Positions 18,189-27,382 of a stretch of 64,000 nucleotides of DNA are shown piece by piece. The DNA comes from Bacteroidales bacterium. Its GTDB lineage: Bacteria; Bacteroidota; Bacteroidia; Bacteroidales; FEN-979. The position numbers and the translations under genes are program-made. Location: NCBI GenBank assembly GCA_035403225.1, contig DAONET010000012.1:216-64215 (forward strand), read 5' to 3'. Numbering within the stretch: position 1 is the stretch's first letter; each line of letters begins with the position of its first letter. The notes under the pieces were generated by a model. The model was given only the letters and a program-made list of their open reading frames with translations. It was not told the origin of the DNA and did no database searches.

Positions 18189-19388
18189 ATGAAACAAATC
18201 TTTACTGTTTTTTTCCTTGCGATAGCAATCCTTGCATCTGCTCAAAACAAAACCAACAAATCAGCCGCTTCCCGATACGAAGTGGATACCATTCCGTTAG
18301 TATATGACCTGATTGGCCAGGTAGACACCGGACAATTCATGCCCGTTGTCAGGCATCTGAGCTCTTACTCGACCCGGAAATGCACTACACAGCAAGCCAT
18401 TATGGCACAGAACTGGTTAAAGGATCAGTTCGACAGTTTGGGAATTCAAGTGGAACTGCAGGATTTTCCTCTTTATGGAGGTAGTCCCTGCAGCGACAAT
18501 GTCATTGCCACCCTCCCAGGCTATGTACACCCCGATGAATATATCGTAGTAGGCGGGCATTACGACTCATATACTTACACCGGACTTGCACCGGGAGCCG
18601 ACGACAATGCCTCCGGCACCAGTGGTGTCATGGAACTCGCCAGGATCCTGAAAAATTACGCTTTCGAACGGTCCATTATCTTCTGCGCTTTTTCTGCGGA
18701 AGAACTGGGATTGATCGGCAGCGAATATTATGCCACCAAGGCAAAACAATCGGGAATGGATATCCTTGGATACTTCAATTTCGATATGATAGGCTATCTC
18801 AACCCGGGAGATGAAATCCACACAGACATGATCGCTCCGTCATCTGCGCAGCAACTGGTCGATTTTTACACTAATGTAGCCGCTGTTTATCTCCCCGATT
18901 TTTCAGTGGAAGAGGCAGAGGCTATCGGTGGAGACAGCGATCACACTTCTTTCAACAATCACGGGTATATGGGTATCTTTCCCTTTGAAGACACTCCGAA
19001 TTACAGTCCTTACATCCATACCCCGAACGATGTCATCGGACTGAGTTTCAACAGTCCCGAGATGGCCAAAAAATTCATCCAGGCTAATCTGGCCAGCGTT
19101 GCCACCCTGGCTGTTCCTTACGACAGCACGGTCAGTATCCCTCCTACCAGGGAGATTACGCACAATATCGTCCTTTTCCCCAATCCCGTTCGCGATCTCG
19201 TTTCCATCAGCAACGATAAGGGAGAACCCATGTTGGTGAGCATCAACAACATTTCAGGACAGACCCTGTTGAAAATGACTGTTAACGGCCAAAAAACCAT
19301 CGACCTTTCCTCGCTGAAACCAGGTCTCTATTGTATTGTCTGCACGGGCGACAATTTTACGGAAACACTCAAAATGGTTAAACGATAA
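18189..19388 (+). CDS. M28-family aminopeptidase with T9SS C-terminal sorting domain
   Basis: Signal peptide. M28 zinc-ligand motifs GGHYDS, ADDNASGTSG and SAEELGLIGS. The C-terminal LFPNPVRD...GLYCIV...LKMVKR is a sorting domain. Confidence 0.9.
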   Translation: MKQIFTVFFLAIAILASAQNKTNKSAASRYEVDTIPLVYDLIGQVDTGQFMPVVRHLSSYSTRKCTTQQAIMAQNWLKDQFDSLGIQVELQDFPLYGGSPCSDNVIATLPGYVHPDEYIVVGGHYDSYTYTGLAPGADDNASGTSGVMELARILKNYAFERSIIFCAFSAEELGLIGSEYYATKAKQSGMDILGYFNFDMIGYLNPGDEIHTDMIAPSSAQQLVDFYTNVAAVYLPDFSVEEAEAIGGDSDHTSFNNHGYMGIFPFEDTPNYSPYIHTPNDVIGLSFNSPEMAKKFIQANLASVATLAVPYDSTVSIPPTREITHNIVLFPNPVRDLVSISNDKGEPMLVSINNISGQTLLKMTVNGQKTIDLSSLKPGLYCIVCTGDNFTETLKMVKR

Positions 19389-19399
19389 TCTTCCTCTTT

Positions 19400-19434
19400 C
19401 AGGCAGTAAGAAAGGCTAAATCCTTTCCTGCCTG
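19400..19434 (+). terminator. strong hairpin downstream of the M28 gene (possible terminator without a U-tract)
   Basis: CAGGCAG-taa-GAAAGG-ctaaat-CCTTTC-CTGCCTG starts 12 nt after the stop codon. No T-run follows it. Confidence 0.4.
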
Positions 19435-19576
19435 TTCATGAAAAGGCGGTTATTCCCTGTCATTTCGCAGGAGGATGGCCGCCTTCTCATTTTAATTCTA
19501 TAGAAAACATCCCACACTTTTCTGATCTCTTTTCAAAATATGTAGTACTTTTATGGGATAAATTTCTGAAGATATA

Positions 19577-20068
19577 ATGTCGAACAAAATATCAAAGGAG
19601 GAACTACAACAGCTGGCAATAAGTCCGGAGAGCGTCCTGAAATATACTAATGGGGAAATAACTGTGTTCTGGTTCCCTGACAGGTGCATTCATTCAGCCA
19701 ATTGCCTGCTCGAGCTTCCCGAAGTTTTTGACACATCTCATGATCCGTGGATCAGCATGGATGGAGCGCCCACTGAAGATATTATCAGAACCGTCAATAC
19801 TTGTCCGTCCAAAGCCCTCTGCTATAAAATGGACATTAAAATAGCCCGACGTCAGACTAAAAAGAAAAAAAAGAAACCGGCCATCTCCACGCATATCGAA
19901 TTGGTCAAAGACGGTCCGGCCCTTATCCGGGGTTCTTATATCATTCGTGATGCCAACAAAAAAAAGGTAAAGATTAAGGGAGAAGTAGCTGCAATCTGTC
20001 GCTGTGGGAAGACAAAACATTCCCCTTTTTGCGACGGGTCTCATAAAACTGCAGAATTCCGGGATTGA
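19577..20068 (+). CDS. Fe-S protein: divergent 4Fe-4S mono-cluster-like domain fused to a CDGSH domain
   Basis: N-terminal ITVFWFPDRCIHSANC...CPSKAL, a poly-Lys linker (RRQTKKKKKKP), and a C-terminal CRCGKTKHSPFCDGSHK CDGSH motif. Confidence 0.8.
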   Translation: MSNKISKEELQQLAISPESVLKYTNGEITVFWFPDRCIHSANCLLELPEVFDTSHDPWISMDGAPTEDIIRTVNTCPSKALCYKMDIKIARRQTKKKKKKPAISTHIELVKDGPALIRGSYIIRDANKKKVKIKGEVAAICRCGKTKHSPFCDGSHKTAEFRD

Positions 20069-20126
20069 TTCTGATCTGTCATTTTCGATCCCACCTCCTT
20101 TCATGAAGGTTGACGATGGAGAAATA

Positions 20127-20160
20127 AAAAAAGCCGCCCTTGAGGGACGGCTTCTTTTTT
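20127..20160. terminator. bidirectional rho-independent terminator
   Basis: A-run, then AAGCCGCCC-ttga-GGGACGGCTT, then T-run. It sits between two convergent genes. Confidence 0.75.
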
Positions 20161-20174
20161 AAACTGAAGTCAGA

Positions 20175-20453
20175 TTATTTCTTAATCTTGGCAAGTTCTT
20201 TCTTCAGTTTTGCAGTCGGGGTGCCATCTTCATTCAGCCAGCCCTGTGCAATAGAGTCTTTGCGAGCAGCTTCAGCCTGAGCCTGAGCAATTGAATCAGC
20301 AACTCTCTGCTGTTCAGCCTGAACCATTGCTAATGAGTCAGCAACGCGGATTGAGTCAGCAATTCTTTTTTCTTCCATTTCTTTTGCGCTAGGTCCGCAG
20401 CTGTACAGGAAAGCGACAGCACCGATAACTAAAATCGAAGCAATTTTTTTCAT
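20175..20453 (-). CDS. small repeat-containing lipoprotein (hypothetical)
   Basis: The start is refined to MKKIASILVIGAVAFLYSCG (lipobox). The protein carries four (I/V)ADS(I/L)-type and KDSI repeats. Confidence 0.7.
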   Translation of the reverse strand: MKKIASILVIGAVAFLYSCGPSAKEMEEKRIADSIRVADSLAMVQAEQQRVADSIAQAQAEAARKDSIAQGWLNEDGTPTAKLKKELAKIKK

Positions 20454-20481
20454 TTGTTTATTGTTTTTTAAATTGACGATA

Positions 20482-20489
20482 CAAAGGTA
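20482..20489 (-). promoter_or_regulatory. -7 promoter box (TACCTTTG) for the lipoprotein gene
   Basis: CAAAGGTA on the plus strand, 29 nt upstream of the refined ATG. Confidence 0.45.
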
Positions 20490-20637
20490 AGGCAACTCCC
20501 CTATACCATCCAAATATTTTGAGCACTTTTTTTAACATTTTTTAACAAATTATCGTAACATACTGAAATACTGCAAAATAAATTTTAAGATTTTTTAACT
20601 TTTCGAGACACAAAACGGTCATTTCCACCTTTAATTG

Positions 20638-20645
20638 TATTTTTG
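20638..20645 (+). promoter_or_regulatory. -7 promoter box (TATTTTTG) for rarA
   Basis: TAnnTTTG match 56 nt upstream of the ATG at 20701. Confidence 0.35.
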
Positions 20646-20700
20646 GTTCCTCTAAGCGATCATCCTGTCATTATAAACTGCAGTAATAAAGCCAAATCAG

Positions 20701-21969
20701 ATGTTAATTCCCCTTGCCGAGCAACTCAGACCTTCCAAACTGGATGAATACTTGGGCCAGGAGCATCTTGTCGGACCGGGAGCCATTCTGCGGAAGGCTA
20801 TTGAATCGGGCAATGTTCCATCCATGGTGCTGTGGGGACCTCCGGGAGTGGGTAAAACCACGCTGGCCTTTATCATCTCGAAGCAATTAAACCGGACTTT
20901 CTATACACTCAGCGCGGTCAGTTCCGGGGTGAAAGAGGTGAGGGAAGTGATTGCGAAAGCCAGGGAAGAAGGAGGAAGTCCTTTCTTGTTTATTGATGAA
21001 ATCCATCGTTTCAGCAAATCCCAGCAGGACGCCTTGCTGGGAGCCGTTGAAAAAGGCATAGTGACCTTTATCGGCGCCACCACCGAAAACCCTTCCTTCG
21101 AAGTGATCTCCCCTTTGCTGTCGCGATGTCAGATCTATATTCTGAAATCGCTGGATGAATCACGTCTGTTAAAGCTGCTGGACCAGGGGAAACAACGGCT
21201 TGAGCAGGAGTACGGGATCCGGATCACAATCCGGGAGCCGGAAGCGATCCTCCGGATATCGGGCGGTGATGCGCGAAAACTGCTGAATGCGCTGGAGCTG
21301 ATCGTGAGCGCCGAGAAGAGCGATACCTCGGAGATCACCATCACCAATGAAATGACGATCCGGATCATTCAGCAAAATCTGGCGATCTACGACAAAACAG
21401 GCGAGATGCATTATGATATCGTTTCCGCTTTCATCAAATCAATCCGCGGAAGCGACCCGAATGCAGCCGTTTATTGGATGACCCGCATGGTAGAAGCCGG
21501 AGAAGATCCGAAATTTATTGCCAGACGGATGCTCATCCTGGCATCGGAGGATATCGGAAATGCCAATCCCAATGCACTGTTGCTGGCCAATACCTGTTTT
21601 CAGGCCGTCACGGTGATTGGTTACCCGGAATGCGACCTGATCCTCTCGCAGACAGCCATCTACCTGGCCTGCTCCGTAAAAAGCAATGCTTCGTATCTGG
21701 CTATCCGTAACGCGCAGAAAGCCATTCGCGACTACGGAGACCTGCCGGTGCCGCTCCATCTGCGCAACGCCCCTACCAACCTGATGAAGGACATCGGGTA
21801 CGGGAAAGATTACAAATACGCCCACGATTTCGAAAATAACTTTGCCGAACAGGAGTTCCTTCCTGACAAGATCAAAGGGAAAAAGTTCTATGACCCGCAA
21901 CATAACGCCCGGGAAAATGAACTGAGAGCACGTTTGAAAGAGTTGTGGAAGAACAAATACAGGTACTAA
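20701..21969 (+). CDS. rarA: replication-associated recombination protein A (AAA+ ATPase)
   Basis: LAEQLRPSKLDEYLGQEHL, Walker A GPPGVGKTT, Walker B FIDEIHRF and a MgsA C-terminal domain. Confidence 0.95.
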   Translation: MLIPLAEQLRPSKLDEYLGQEHLVGPGAILRKAIESGNVPSMVLWGPPGVGKTTLAFIISKQLNRTFYTLSAVSSGVKEVREVIAKAREEGGSPFLFIDEIHRFSKSQQDALLGAVEKGIVTFIGATTENPSFEVISPLLSRCQIYILKSLDESRLLKLLDQGKQRLEQEYGIRITIREPEAILRISGGDARKLLNALELIVSAEKSDTSEITITNEMTIRIIQQNLAIYDKTGEMHYDIVSAFIKSIRGSDPNAAVYWMTRMVEAGEDPKFIARRMLILASEDIGNANPNALLLANTCFQAVTVIGYPECDLILSQTAIYLACSVKSNASYLAIRNAQKAIRDYGDLPVPLHLRNAPTNLMKDIGYGKDYKYAHDFENNFAEQEFLPDKIKGKKFYDPQHNARENELRARLKELWKNKYRY

Positions 21970-22023
21970 CCCAGAGAATGGTTTTCTCTGATTACTTTTG
22001 TCGTAAATTTTGAAAGAAGACCA

Positions 22024-22836
22024 ATGAAACTCCCTCCTATTCCCAAGATCCGGTTCCCGGAAAGTGAAAATTTTTTCCTGATAGCCGGCCCATGTGTGAT
22101 CGAAAATGAAACGATGCCGTTCGAGATCGCCGAAACTATACTCTCGATCTGCAACAGGCTTCAGATTCCGTTCATCTTTAAAGCTTCCTATAAAAAGGCC
22201 AACCGTTCGCGGCTTGATTCCTTCACCGGTATCGGGGATGAAAAGGGAATGCGTATTCTCCGGGAGGTGAGCGAGAAATTCAGCATCCCGGTACTGACCG
22301 ATGTTCATACCGAATCCGAGTGCGCTATCGCCGGGGAATATTGTGATGTGATTCAGATCCCGGCGTTCCTTTGCCGCCAGACAGATCTGTTGCTGGCAGC
22401 GGGAAAAACCGGGAAGCCGGTGAATGTTAAAAAAGGACAGTTCGTTTCAGCCGCCTCCATGGAATTTGCGGTAGAAAAAATCCGCAGCACCGGTAACAAC
22501 CATATCATCCTGACAGAACGCGGCAACACTTTCGGATATAACGACCTGGTGGTTGATTTCCGGAACATCCCCGACATGAAGCGTTTCAATGTGCCTGTAG
22601 TCGTCGATATCACCCATTCACTCCAGCAACCCAACCAGGTATCGGGTGTGACCGGAGGAAGACCCGATATGATTGAGACCATCGCCATGGCCTCGGTGGC
22701 TGCCGGAGCCGATGGATTGTTCCTCGAGACTCATCCCGACCCCCCTCATGCAAAGTCAGACGGAGCGAACATGCTTCGTCTCGACCTGCTCGAAAAAATG
22801 CTGGAAAAACTGGTCAGATTGCGGAAGGCGATCTGA
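22024..22836 (+). CDS. kdsA: 3-deoxy-8-phosphooctulonate (KDO-8-P) synthase
   Basis: 270 aa with KASYKKANRS, QIPAFLCRQTDLL and DITHSLQ motifs. Confidence 0.93.
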   Translation: MKLPPIPKIRFPESENFFLIAGPCVIENETMPFEIAETILSICNRLQIPFIFKASYKKANRSRLDSFTGIGDEKGMRILREVSEKFSIPVLTDVHTESECAIAGEYCDVIQIPAFLCRQTDLLLAAGKTGKPVNVKKGQFVSAASMEFAVEKIRSTGNNHIILTERGNTFGYNDLVVDFRNIPDMKRFNVPVVVDITHSLQQPNQVSGVTGGRPDMIETIAMASVAAGADGLFLETHPDPPHAKSDGANMLRLDLLEKMLEKLVRLRKAI

Positions 22837-22837
22837 C

Positions 22838-24028
22838 CTAATCGATCGTCAATGCCTTGATACCACCGGTCTCCTTGTAGAATCTTGCTTTCCATTTATC
22901 AGCCGGGAGGCTGGAGATCAGTCCGAGTTGACTAACCAGACACTGGGTTTCCTTGAACGTGTTCTCATCCAATTTCACGATCACCCTGGCCAATTCAGGA
23001 ATACGGTACGACAGTCCCTGTTCCTTGCTTTCCTTTACTGCTTTATTTAAGTAAGAAGCTACATTGTTTGTGTTTCCTACCCGCTGAATCTTGATGGTAA
23101 TGACTTTGCCGGAAGGACCATCGAGGTCAAGCGCTCCTTTTGATTTGGAGAATTTGAAAATGGGGATCTCTGTATTGATCTGATTGGGCAGAGGGATGTA
23201 TTTGTAAGAAAACTTCAGGGTTTTGTGAATGCTGATGCCGGTAAAAAGCTTCATGTATTCCTTTTCCATCAATTTCAGTTGGGTGTCCATGTATTCCAGG
23301 GTCTCGCGGTTATAACTCACTTCCTGGTACCCGGTGATCAGGTTAAACCGGTTGTCTTTGATTTTGGAGATAAAAGTGGCAGCCTCTTTTGCTTTCTCTT
23401 CAGGAGATTTCTCCACCAGCGTTCTTTTCAGGTATTGACGTTCCATGGTCATGGTATCAATGCTGACTTTCCGGATAATGGTATCTACCTTTTCAAACAC
23501 GCTGACATCCGCATAATATTTGAAGATCTCGGGGAAGATATCCTTTTCAGCTACCAGCGGAGCTGCCGGTTCCTTATTCACGACGACTGTTTTCACGACC
23601 GTGTCGGTCTGATCAGGAATGGTACCGAGCATCAAACCGGCATCGCTGAGTTCCAGCAAGCCCGGTGCCAGGCCTTTTCCTGCTTTTCCCACGGTTTCCA
23701 CATAGTAATACTGCTCAGGGTCCGGCTCCGGCGAGGTGGTAATGGCAATGTCGGAGATGGCATATTCCACTGAATTATTCAACACCACGTTTTTCAGTCC
23801 CAGGTATTTCATGGCGTAATCAGCATACGGACCCTTGTAATTCTCGATACGGTCGATGGTCACTTCGATGTTCACCACGGTCCGGGGAAGGGAATAGAAA
23901 ACCCCGTGACTGACCGGTGGAACAGCTCCTTCGTTGATGTGATACACTTTCAACTGGGCAAAAAGGTTTCCACTCATCAATCCTAATACGATAAGTAAAA
24001 CCGGTACAGCAACGATCTTATTTTTCAT
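22838..24028 (-). CDS. secreted hypothetical protein (possibly DUF4831-like)
   Basis: Signal peptide MKNKIVAVPVLLIVLGLMSGNLFAQ. No catalytic motif was recognised, and the family name comes from memory only. Confidence 0.7.
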   Translation of the reverse strand: MKNKIVAVPVLLIVLGLMSGNLFAQLKVYHINEGAVPPVSHGVFYSLPRTVVNIEVTIDRIENYKGPYADYAMKYLGLKNVVLNNSVEYAISDIAITTSPEPDPEQYYYVETVGKAGKGLAPGLLELSDAGLMLGTIPDQTDTVVKTVVVNKEPAAPLVAEKDIFPEIFKYYADVSVFEKVDTIIRKVSIDTMTMERQYLKRTLVEKSPEEKAKEAATFISKIKDNRFNLITGYQEVSYNRETLEYMDTQLKLMEKEYMKLFTGISIHKTLKFSYKYIPLPNQINTEIPIFKFSKSKGALDLDGPSGKVITIKIQRVGNTNNVASYLNKAVKESKEQGLSYRIPELARVIVKLDENTFKETQCLVSQLGLISSLPADKWKARFYKETGGIKALTID

Positions 24029-24039
24029 ACGACCTGTTT

Positions 24040-25524
24040 TTAATCATGCAACCTCTGTTGTTTAACCTGTGATGTGGAATTTTTTATTCTCAGTATGAAG
24101 AGTCCTGCAAATGTAATAAATCCGTTTACAATCAACAGTTCAAATCCAAACTCATAGCCATTGAAGAGAACGGAAGAGAATATGTTCAGTAAATAACAGA
24201 TTACCGGTGAAATGATTGCCACGATGGGGACGAAACGGTCTTTCACATCGAATTTGGTAAACAACCCAAACGCATACAATCCCAACAACGGACCGTACGT
24301 ATAACCTGCTATGGTAAACAGTTTATCGATCACCGCCCGGTCATTGATTGCGCGAAATACCACGATGACTGTCAGGAGCAGCATAGCGAACGAAATATGA
24401 ACCAGGTACCGTATCCGTTGTTTTTTTCGTTCATCGAGATCGGTCTTTTTATTCAATCCAAGGATATCGATACAGAAAGAGGTCGTCAGGGAAGTCAGGG
24501 CGCCATCAGCGCTGGGATAAGCGGCAGAGATAAGTCCGATAAGAAAGACCATCCCGGTCACCGGACCCAGGTACTGGAAGGCAATGGTCGGGAAGAGATC
24601 ATCGGATCGCAAAGGGAGGGCAATGCCCCTGGAATTGGCAAACACAAACAAGGATGCTCCCAAAAACAGAAAGAGAAAATTCACTCCCACCATGATAGTG
24701 CTGAACGTGAACATATTTTTTTGCGCATCCTTCAGTGAACGGCAACTCAGGTTCTTTTGCATCATCTCCTGGTCGAGTCCTGTCATAACGATGGCGATGA
24801 AAGCTCCGCTGATGAACTGGGTCAGGAAAAACCGCCGGTCGCCCCAATCGGTAAAAATCATCTTTGAATATCCACTGTCAATGACCTGTGACAGCATCCC
24901 GCTAAAGCCGCCTCCCATCATCCGGACGATGACTACCGTAGTAACTACCAACGCTGCCAGCATAAAGGTCGTCTGCAGCGTATCGGTCCAGATGATCGTC
25001 TTCACACCACCTTTAAAGGTGTACAGGATAATGAGAACGACAAAGATCAGGGTGGTCACGAAGAAAGGAACGTTCCAGGCATCAAACACAAATACCTGCA
25101 GCACATTCACCACCAGGAACATTCTGAAAGAAGCGCCGATGGTACGGGAAAGCAGGAAGTAAAAAGCGCCGGTCTTGTAGGAGAATTTTCCGAAGCGCGA
25201 TTCAAGGTAGGAATAGATCGACGTAAGGTTCAGCCGGTAATAGAGCGGCATCAGCACCGTAGCAATGACTGCATATCCCACGAGGTAGCCCAGCACTACC
25301 ATCATATAGGAAAACTGCGTAGTTCCAACCCAACCGGGTACAGACATGAAGGTAACCCCTGATAACGATGCTCCGATCATTCCATAGGCGACCACGAACC
25401 AGGGCGACTCTTTATTCCCAATAAAAAAGCCACGGTTAGTAGCCTTGCGTGCGGTAAGCCAGGTAATGAAAAAAAGAAGTACGGTGTAGCTGATGAAAAC
25501 GGAGAAAATAAGTGTTGGAGTCAT
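24040..25524 (-). CDS. sodium:solute symporter family transporter
   Basis: The start is refined to MTPTLIFSVF. It has about 13 TM helices and an SSF-like pattern (GNKESPWFVVAYGMIGASLSGVTFMSVPG). Confidence 0.85.
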   Translation of the reverse strand: MTPTLIFSVFISYTVLLFFITWLTARKATNRGFFIGNKESPWFVVAYGMIGASLSGVTFMSVPGWVGTTQFSYMMVVLGYLVGYAVIATVLMPLYYRLNLTSIYSYLESRFGKFSYKTGAFYFLLSRTIGASFRMFLVVNVLQVFVFDAWNVPFFVTTLIFVVLIILYTFKGGVKTIIWTDTLQTTFMLAALVVTTVVIVRMMGGGFSGMLSQVIDSGYSKMIFTDWGDRRFFLTQFISGAFIAIVMTGLDQEMMQKNLSCRSLKDAQKNMFTFSTIMVGVNFLFLFLGASLFVFANSRGIALPLRSDDLFPTIAFQYLGPVTGMVFLIGLISAAYPSADGALTSLTTSFCIDILGLNKKTDLDERKKQRIRYLVHISFAMLLLTVIVVFRAINDRAVIDKLFTIAGYTYGPLLGLYAFGLFTKFDVKDRFVPIVAIISPVICYLLNIFSSVLFNGYEFGFELLIVNGFITFAGLFILRIKNSTSQVKQQRLHD

Positions 25525-25538
25525 TGCTGTATAGAGAG

Positions 25539-26096
25539 TTAAAGAATGTTTGAGGCAAAGGTCAGGAGATCGGGAAAACAAAGATTGTATTGTCCCGAGA
25601 TCTTTTCAATCAGGGAAGTATCGTCAGAGATCAGGATGGTTTTCATTCCCGCGTTGTTACCAAAAAGAATATCCGATTCCGAATCACCGGCCATCACCGA
25701 TTTTCCGAAGTCGATCTCCGGGAACTGACGTTGTGCTTCCAACGCCATGCCAATTCCCGGTTTCCGCATCGGTGATCCCTCAGAGCTCAGGTGAGGAGAA
25801 TGAAGGACAAGGTCGATCCGGCCCCGGCATCCTTCCACTTGCCTGACCATGCTGCTGTGAATGCGGGCCAGGTCTTCCTCGGTCATCAGCCCTTTGGCAA
25901 TACCCTGTTGGTTACTCACCACCACAATCCGTCCAAACTTCCGGGCCAGTATCTTCAGGGCATCGGTCACCCCCGGGAGAAACTCAAAGTCTTCCCACTG
26001 TGTCACATATCCATCCACGATCCGGCGGTTGATCACCCCGTCGCGATCCAGAAACAACGTCCAGGTCTTATCAGTATTCCAGTCTTTGAAATTCAT
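25539..26096 (-). CDS. gmhB: D-glycero-D-manno-heptose 1,7-bisphosphate phosphatase (HAD family)
   Basis: HAD motif I is LFLDRDGVIN, with VVSNQQG and GDSESD also present. The start is set at MNFKDW, which overlaps hddC by 26 nt; an alternative ATG is at 26111. Confidence 0.8.
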   Translation of the reverse strand: MNFKDWNTDKTWTLFLDRDGVINRRIVDGYVTQWEDFEFLPGVTDALKILARKFGRIVVVSNQQGIAKGLMTEEDLARIHSSMVRQVEGCRGRIDLVLHSPHLSSEGSPMRKPGIGMALEAQRQFPEIDFGKSVMAGDSESDILFGNNAGMKTILISDDTSLIEKISGQYNLCFPDLLTFASNIL

Positions 26097-26778
26097 GTTG
26101 AGCTCTTTCATAATCTTCCGGGATGCCGATGTCGAGGAAATACCCGTCGGCCACAAAACCCAGCATGGTGTGATCCATGTAATATTTTTCAAAACAATCT
26201 TTTTCGATGGAAAATTTGTCTTCGAAGAAATCGCCGGTGATAAAGTTTTTATTCAGAATATACACGCCTCCGTTGATATATCCAGGACCGCCGTTTTCCT
26301 TTTTCTCCGTGAAGCCCTTGATGCGATGTGAGATACCCAGTCTGACGGCTCCATACCGTCCCGTATCTTCCAGGTACCTGAGAGCCAGTGTCAGGAGTCC
26401 ATGTCCTGAATGATGGAACCTGTCCATTTCTTCCAGGTTGATACTGAATAAGGAATCCCCGTTCATGACGAATGCTTCTTCCCCGTTGATAAGGCGAAAG
26501 GCATTCCGGATGCCGCCTCCGGTACCCAATGGTTCTTTTTCTTCAGCATAGGAAAGATCGAGGGAGCGGTATTTTTTTCCGAAACACCCACTGATCATGT
26601 CGCCCTTGTATCCAGTGGAGACAACCACTTTCCCGATGTTATACCTGATCAGGTAATCGAATACATATTCCAGGAAAGGACGGCCGTTGACATCAGCCAT
26701 TGATTTGGGAACATCGCTGACGACTGTCCGGAGCCTTGTCCCCAGACCTCCTGCCAGGATGATTGCTTCCCTGATCAC
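26071..26778 (-). CDS. hddC: D-glycero-alpha-D-manno-heptose 1-phosphate guanylyltransferase-like nucleotidyltransferase
   Basis: Sugar-nucleotidyltransferase N-terminus AIILAGGLGTRLR. Its position within the hddA-gmhA-gmhB context supports the call. Confidence 0.75.
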   Translation of the reverse strand: MIREAIILAGGLGTRLRTVVSDVPKSMADVNGRPFLEYVFDYLIRYNIGKVVVSTGYKGDMISGCFGKKYRSLDLSYAEEKEPLGTGGGIRNAFRLINGEEAFVMNGDSLFSINLEEMDRFHHSGHGLLTLALRYLEDTGRYGAVRLGISHRIKGFTEKKENGGPGYINGGVYILNKNFITGDFFEDKFSIEKDCFEKYYMDHTMLGFVADGYFLDIGIPEDYERAQHEFQRLEY

Positions 26779-26780
26779 GG

Positions 26781-27356
26781 CTATCGGGGGAAAATGGTTG
26801 ATTCGATGATCTCGCAGATGATGTGTCCGATCATGATGTGTGATTCCTGAATGCGGGGGGTCTCATCAGAAGGAACATTGAGAAGAAAATCACAGACATT
26901 CTTCATTTTACCACCCGATCTTCCGGTCATTCCGACGATGATCATACCCAGATCCTGCGCGGTCTCGATGGCGCGGAGGATATTTCCCGAGTTTCCCGAC
27001 GTAGAGATGGCGATGAGCACATCACCGGAGTGACCAATACCCTGGAGCAACCGGGAGTACACTTCGTCGTAAGAATAATCGTTGGCCACTGCCGTCAGAT
27101 AGGAAGTATTGACATGGAGCGCTTCCGCGGGCAATGGCGGACGATCGTAGAGATAACGTCCCGACAGTTCCGCAGCCAGATGTTGAGCATCGGCCGCGCT
27201 GCCACCGTTTCCGCAGAAATAAATCCGGTTACCCTGGCACAGCGTCTCGGCGCAGTTCTGCGCCACATCGTTGATCTCCGAAAGAAGGTGTTCGTCGGAA
27301 AGGATCCTTTTCTTCGTCTCAATCGATTGTTGTATGCGTTCTGAAATGATATCCAT
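26781..27356 (-). CDS. gmhA: phosphoheptose (sedoheptulose-7-phosphate) isomerase
   Basis: SIS domain with FCGNGGSAADAQHLAAEL and ISTSGNS. Confidence 0.9.
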   Translation of the reverse strand: MDIISERIQQSIETKKRILSDEHLLSEINDVAQNCAETLCQGNRIYFCGNGGSAADAQHLAAELSGRYLYDRPPLPAEALHVNTSYLTAVANDYSYDEVYSRLLQGIGHSGDVLIAISTSGNSGNILRAIETAQDLGMIIVGMTGRSGGKMKNVCDFLLNVPSDETPRIQESHIMIGHIICEIIESTIFPR

Positions 27357-27382
27357 AATGATCTTTCAACAAATGATGATTG

